From a virus (Duplodnaviria; Caudoviricetes): 39,596 nt of DNA. Below the pieces are notes generated by a model, which saw only the letters and a program-made list of their open reading frames with translations, was not told where the DNA came from and searched no databases. The translations under genes were made by a program, and so were the position numbers. Shown piece by piece: positions 35,698 to 39,596 of this stretch (positions are counted from its first letter, which is position 1; every line of letters begins with the position of its first letter). The stretch is from positions 1 through 39,596 of the IMG/VR virus record IMGVR_UViG_3300040971_000006; one strand, written 5' to 3'.

Positions 35698-35998
35698 GAT
35701 TACTGTAAACCAAGATAAGTTAACAGCCTTGCAGACACAACAAACCCGTGAACTCTTCAAGCAAGGCCGTGAGACGGCTGTGGCCTCCATTGTGGTTGAA
35801 GTAGACGGCATACTCTTCGATGGTGATGAGACTGCACAGACCCGTATGACAAGAGCTGCTGTTGTTATGAATGATACAGAGACAATGACATGGGTACAGG
35901 CTAACAACGAGTCTACGCAGGTCACAAAGGCGCAGCTAATCGAGGCCGTGCGTCTCGCTGGAGCAGAACAAACTCGCCTATGGGTACTCCAAGGATAA
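35690..35998 (+). CDS. DUF4376-like tail-fibre assembly protein
   Basis: I.VEVDG..FDGDE.AQ.RM, W..A.N....VT...L.EA; GGAGGG SD before TTG (35678 is an alternative start). Confidence 0.7.
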   Translation: MSKITVNQDKLTALQTQQTRELFKQGRETAVASIVVEVDGILFDGDETAQTRMTRAAVVMNDTETMTWVQANNESTQVTKAQLIEAVRLAGAEQTRLWVLQG

Positions 35999-36007
35999 GG
36001 ATTAGAC

Positions 36008-36277
36008 ATGGCAGAGCACGGATGCACAGAAGGTAAGCGGTTCGACCGCATAGAGGAGCTTCTCACAAAGCTGTCAGACTTGCTCGTTAGTAACGCGACC
36101 TGTGATCTACGCATCGACCACACAGAGGCTGTGGCAGTAGATCACGAGGCGCGTATTCGAGCATTAGAGAAAGAGCGTGAGAAAGATGGTAATAACAGTA
36201 AATGGGTAGAGCGCATCCTGTGGTTGCTATTTGCAACTGCTGTTGGTGTCCTAGCCAGTGGAGTACAATATGGCTAA
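36008..36277 (+). CDS. Coiled-coil protein with a C-terminal TM helix (holin-like position)
   Basis: DHEARIRALE coil; ILWLLFATAVGVLA TM segment; precedes the small terminase like T7 gp17.5. Confidence 0.6.
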   Translation: MAEHGCTEGKRFDRIEELLTKLSDLLVSNATCDLRIDHTEAVAVDHEARIRALEKEREKDGNNSKWVERILWLLFATAVGVLASGVQYG

Positions 36278-36590
36278 GAAGTCTGCGCCAGAGCGCGAAC
36301 TGAACGAGCTGCATGCACTTCAGACTAAGGTGTACACTATGGCGTTGCAGAGCATCATCGATGCCCTGTCCTCCGAGGACGAGGAGATGAAGGCTATTGC
36401 GATGTCTGCTGTAAATCCTAGTCTGTTGAACGCTATCAACTCGTTCCTAAAGAACAATGACATTACCTGCCAGCCAGAAGTCCTTACTGAACTCACTAAT
36501 ACTGAGCGTAGGTTGAAGGATAAGCTGAAGTCTCGATCTGAGATGCCTAGCTTCGATCTCGACGAGATGCAGGAAATGGCGAGGCAGTAA
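36270..36590 (+). CDS. Terminase small subunit
   Basis: A.E.EL.ELH, P.LL.....FLK.N.IT; directly precedes the large subunit. Confidence 0.85.
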   Translation: MAKKSAPERELNELHALQTKVYTMALQSIIDALSSEDEEMKAIAMSAVNPSLLNAINSFLKNNDITCQPEVLTELTNTERRLKDKLKSRSEMPSFDLDEMQEMARQ

Positions 36591-36592
36591 GT

Positions 36593-38365
36593 ATGGAATC
36601 AAACGAGCAGGCTGCTGTTCGCTGGCGAGAACTAGAAGCCCTGCAAGCGCATTACAAAGACTTTCGTACATTCTTGTATGATGTAATGACCAGCTTGCTG
36701 GGCTTCAACTGCTCGTGGCTACAGCTTGATATCGCATCATTCTTGCAGTTCGGACCTACTTATATAATGATACAGGCGCAGCGCGGTCAGGCCAAGACCA
36801 CCATCACGGCGGCTTATGCTGTGTGGCGACTGATCCATGCACCTACAACTCGTGTCCTCATCGTATCCAGTACAGAGGACATGGCATCTGAAATATCGAA
36901 CTGGGTTATCCAGATCATCCGAGGCATGCCAGAACTAGAGTGCCTCCTGCCAGACATGCAGGCCGGGGATAGGTGCAGCGTAAAAGCCTTTGACATTCAT
37001 CACAGTCTCAAGGGCGCTGAGAAGTCTCCTAGTATTAAGTGCAGGCCCATCACTGGTTCGCTGTCAGGCAACCGTGCTGATGTCCTGATTGCTGACGATA
37101 TCGAGACTCCCAAGAACTCACAGACTGAGGCACAGCGCGAGATTCTGAGGTTCCTGACGAAGGAGTTCACTTCGATTTGTAGTACTGGCCGGATCATCTA
37201 TCTGGGCACTCCACAGAGTATTGACAGTATTTACAACTCCTTACCCGCTCGTGGCTACACGGTCAGAATATGGCCCGGAAGATACCCCACAGTTAAGGAG
37301 GAGCAGAACTACCAAGGACTGCTAGCTCCCATGATAACCAAGCGCATGCAGCAAGACCCGTACTTGAGAGAGGGTGCAGGTGTTACATGGGACCGTGGAC
37401 AGGTGACTGATAGCGTTCTACTTGACGAGGAAACTCTGTGCAAGAAGGAGCGGGATCAGGGGCCTGCGTACTTCCAGTTACAGCACATGCTGGACACTAG
37501 GCTCATGGATGCTGCTAGGTATCCGCTGAAGCCAGAGCGTCTTATTGTAGCTGAGTGCGGAGAGCGCGCCCCTTGCTTGATTACGGCAGTAGCTAGTGAG
37601 AACAACAGGTTTGAATTGCCTGCTGGATTCCCTATCAAAGCTAGGCTGTACAGAGCTAGTAGGAGTACTGATGAGCATACCGGGTTCGTAGGGACGCACA
37701 TGTTCATTGATCCTGCTGGTGGTGGAGCTAACGCTGACGAAACTGGGTATGCTGTTACCCGTGCCGCTAATGGGTACATTCATGCTGTTGAGATAGGTGG
37801 GGTCAAAGGTGGCCTGGATACGCCTAGCTTGCAGCAGCTCGTTGACGTAGCTAAGAGATGGAAGCCGGATACTATAGGGGTAGAGAAGAACTACGGTAAC
37901 GGTATGTACGCTGCTGTCCTGATGCCCATGATATTGAAGGAGCATAAGTGCGGACTCGACGAGCCTTGGAACACAGGGCAGAAAGAGTCACGTATCATTG
38001 GTGTACTCGAGCCTCTACTCGGTAACGGTAAGTTTGTTATCGATCCTCGCTGTATAGAAGAAGACTGGGCCTCGGTTCAGCAGTACAGCATGGATGTTCG
38101 TGCGCAGTACAGCTGGTTGTACCAGTTGCTCCGGATTACGAAGGAGCGTGGTGCATTACTGCATGATGATAGACTTGAGGCCCTAGCCATGTCTTGCTTG
38201 TTCTGGGTGCAGAGTATGGCCCAAGATGGTGAGGCTCAGCAGAAGCGAGAGCAGGCTAAGGAGTGGTATAAGAAAATGCGTGATCCTCTTGGTGAGGGTC
38301 GAGACTACGGTCTAGTTAAACCTAAAAAGAACTCCGTCATGCGACGCCTGTCGGTACGGCGCTAA
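36593..38365 (+). CDS. Terminase large subunit
   Basis: AQRGQAKTT, G.RADVLIADDIE, YLGTPQS, IWPGRYP, DPAGGG..DETG, HDDRLEAL. Confidence 0.97.
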   Translation: MESNEQAAVRWRELEALQAHYKDFRTFLYDVMTSLLGFNCSWLQLDIASFLQFGPTYIMIQAQRGQAKTTITAAYAVWRLIHAPTTRVLIVSSTEDMASEISNWVIQIIRGMPELECLLPDMQAGDRCSVKAFDIHHSLKGAEKSPSIKCRPITGSLSGNRADVLIADDIETPKNSQTEAQREILRFLTKEFTSICSTGRIIYLGTPQSIDSIYNSLPARGYTVRIWPGRYPTVKEEQNYQGLLAPMITKRMQQDPYLREGAGVTWDRGQVTDSVLLDEETLCKKERDQGPAYFQLQHMLDTRLMDAARYPLKPERLIVAECGERAPCLITAVASENNRFELPAGFPIKARLYRASRSTDEHTGFVGTHMFIDPAGGGANADETGYAVTRAANGYIHAVEIGGVKGGLDTPSLQQLVDVAKRWKPDTIGVEKNYGNGMYAAVLMPMILKEHKCGLDEPWNTGQKESRIIGVLEPLLGNGKFVIDPRCIEEDWASVQQYSMDVRAQYSWLYQLLRITKERGALLHDDRLEALAMSCLFWVQSMAQDGEAQQKREQAKEWYKKMRDPLGEGRDYGLVKPKKNSVMRRLSVRR

Positions 38366-38388
38366 CTGTACGGAGATGAGGAAATGCA

Positions 38389-38694
38389 ATGGCTACGATT
38401 CCTAATGATCTGCCTTTCTACACTGATTCTACTGGCGTTACCTACAAACTCCGAGAAGCTGGTATCAAAGCATGCCAGAATTGTACAGACAAAGAACAGC
38501 ATGATGCTATCAAGCAGACCTTGCAGGTGCTCGCCAAGTATCTCAAAGAGTGCTATGCTGACCGCGAGGCTGAGAAGCGGGTTATCCTTGCACGGCGAGA
38601 AGCCATGCATGCCGAGGCTGCTAAGTACCAGCACAAACTCGCAACGCATGGCAAGGAGGCCGAAATTGTTAAACCTGAGTTTACTCTCCCATAA
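38389..38694 (+). CDS. Hypothetical helical protein
   Basis: GAGGA SD; codon usage typical of this genome. Confidence 0.7.
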   Translation: MATIPNDLPFYTDSTGVTYKLREAGIKACQNCTDKEQHDAIKQTLQVLAKYLKECYADREAEKRVILARREAMHAEAAKYQHKLATHGKEAEIVKPEFTLP

Positions 38695-38704
38695 GGTAGA
38701 GAAG

Positions 38705-39238
38705 TTGCTGCGGGAACGGGGGTACACACGTACCCTCGAGCCCCATCTGCTGGATGTGCTACTGAAGCACGAAGGTGGCCTCGTCGATAATCCTCGTGAC
38801 CCCGGTGGCCTGACGAACTTAGGAATCTCCCTGCGTTCGTACCCTTGGCTGGGCCGTGAGGGGATCGCTGCGCTGTCGCAGGAGCAGGCGGGAAGGATTT
38901 ATCGCCGGGATTATTTCGACGCTGTGCGGGCCGCTGAGATGCCCCCTGAGATCGCGCTGGCGGCCTTGGACGCTGCGGTGAACCAAGGGGCCACATGGAC
39001 CCGCCGGGCCTTGCAGGTGGCGGCTGGGGCGCGTCCTGATGGGATCATTGGGCCTAAGACGCTAAAGGCTGTGCAGGCCCCCGGCGTGCTTGAGAAGTTC
39101 CTGCTGCTCAGGTCCGACAGGTACGTGCAGAACAAGAACTTCGATGCGTTCGGTAAAGGGTGGATGCGAAGACTACTGAAGATAACTATAGCCTGCATGG
39201 AGTTGAAAGAAGTGCAGAAGGATAAAGAGGAAGCATGA
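38705..39238 (+). CDS. Endolysin: glycoside hydrolase family 108 plus peptidoglycan-binding domain (start uncertain)
   Basis: HEGG...NPRDPGG.TN.GI, IY...Y, D.AVN.G, LQ...G...DG.IGPKT, FG.GW..R; TTG 38705 is the first in-frame start after the upstream gene. Confidence 0.9.
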   Translation: MLRERGYTRTLEPHLLDVLLKHEGGLVDNPRDPGGLTNLGISLRSYPWLGREGIAALSQEQAGRIYRRDYFDAVRAAEMPPEIALAALDAAVNQGATWTRRALQVAAGARPDGIIGPKTLKAVQAPGVLEKFLLLRSDRYVQNKNFDAFGKGWMRRLLKITIACMELKEVQKDKEEA

Positions 39239-39447
39239 TGGAAACTATTAAGATGCTGATTGATTACGTAATGCAGAACAGTGTAGAGATCGTGGCTATC
39301 CTTGGTAGCATCGTAGCATGCGCCTCGGCTATAGCTGCCTTGACCCCTACCCCGAAAGATGACGCATGGGTAGCCAAGGTGTACAAGGTAGTTGACTGGC
39401 TCGCCCTGAACGTAGGGAAGGCTAAGCAGACCAGTAAGGTCGAGTAA
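39235..39447 (+). CDS. Putative holin
   Basis: Hydrophobic helix plus ASAIAALTPTPKDD..W.ALN pattern; ATGA overlap with the endolysin stop. Confidence 0.7.
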   Translation: MMETIKMLIDYVMQNSVEIVAILGSIVACASAIAALTPTPKDDAWVAKVYKVVDWLALNVGKAKQTSKVE

Positions 39448-39453
39448 TAAAGC

Positions 39454-39596
39454 ATGCTGAAGTTCTTATCCGTGCTGGGGAGTATCCTTGAGGTGCTCCT
39501 TAGCATGATACAGAAGAGTCAGAGGCAGAAGGAGCACAAGGATGCACAAGAGAAAGCTGACATGGCTGCTGCTGATCCTGCTCTTGCTTTCAAGCG
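39454..39596 (+). CDS. Truncated gene, putative inner-membrane spanin (Rz-like)
   Basis: MLKFLSVLGSILEVLLSMIQK, then a charged coil running off the window edge; follows the endolysin and holin. Confidence 0.45.
   Translation, partial: MLKFLSVLGSILEVLLSMIQKSQRQKEHKDAQEKADMAAADPALAFK

Noticed and set aside
366-39506. Numerous minus-strand ORFs, for example 21409-22308, 23585-24559 and 16872-17612
   Set aside because: They are antisense shadows of codon-biased + strand genes, with no recognisable motifs; Autographiviridae genes are co-oriented
39572-39594. CCTGCTCTTGCTTTCAA, partly similar to the 27-bp motif
   Set aside because: Requires gaps, lacks the CGTAC half and lies inside a coding frame
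1-39596. tRNAs, CRISPR arrays, integrase, introns/inteins, terminal repeats
   Set aside because: None recognised; polymerase, RNR, helicase and terminase are uninterrupted and of normal length, and the genome ends lie outside the window

Overview
This is about 39.6 kb of a lytic, short-tailed Autographiviridae-type phage genome, nearly complete but lacking both ends. All credible genes are on the + strand. The layout is phiKMV-like: separate primase and helicase, with the single-subunit RNA polymerase gene at the end of the replication block. Gene order: early/host-takeover genes (including a T3-type SAM lyase); primase; helicase; small nucleotidyltransferase; T5 A1-like metallophosphoesterase/nuclease; DUF5664 dNTP diphosphohydrolase; ATP ligase; family A DNA polymerase; class II (B12) ribonucleotide reductase; putative SSB; ThyX; exonuclease; endonuclease VII; RNAP; GNAT; two Gly-rich paralogues; portal; scaffold; capsid; tail tubes; three internal virion proteins; mosaic tail fibre; terminases; GH108 endolysin; holin; partial spanin. 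The lysis genes suggest a Gram-negative host. The notable non-coding features are: a 27-bp motif repeated at 2817 and 5759; a 177-nt array of three GU-rich stems (3244-3420) before the primase; an SD-sequestering hairpin at the RNAP/late junction; two related anti-SD hairpins before thyX and the tail fibre; and a probable ATA/ATC start for the helicase. All assignments come from motif recognition by eye; no searches were run.
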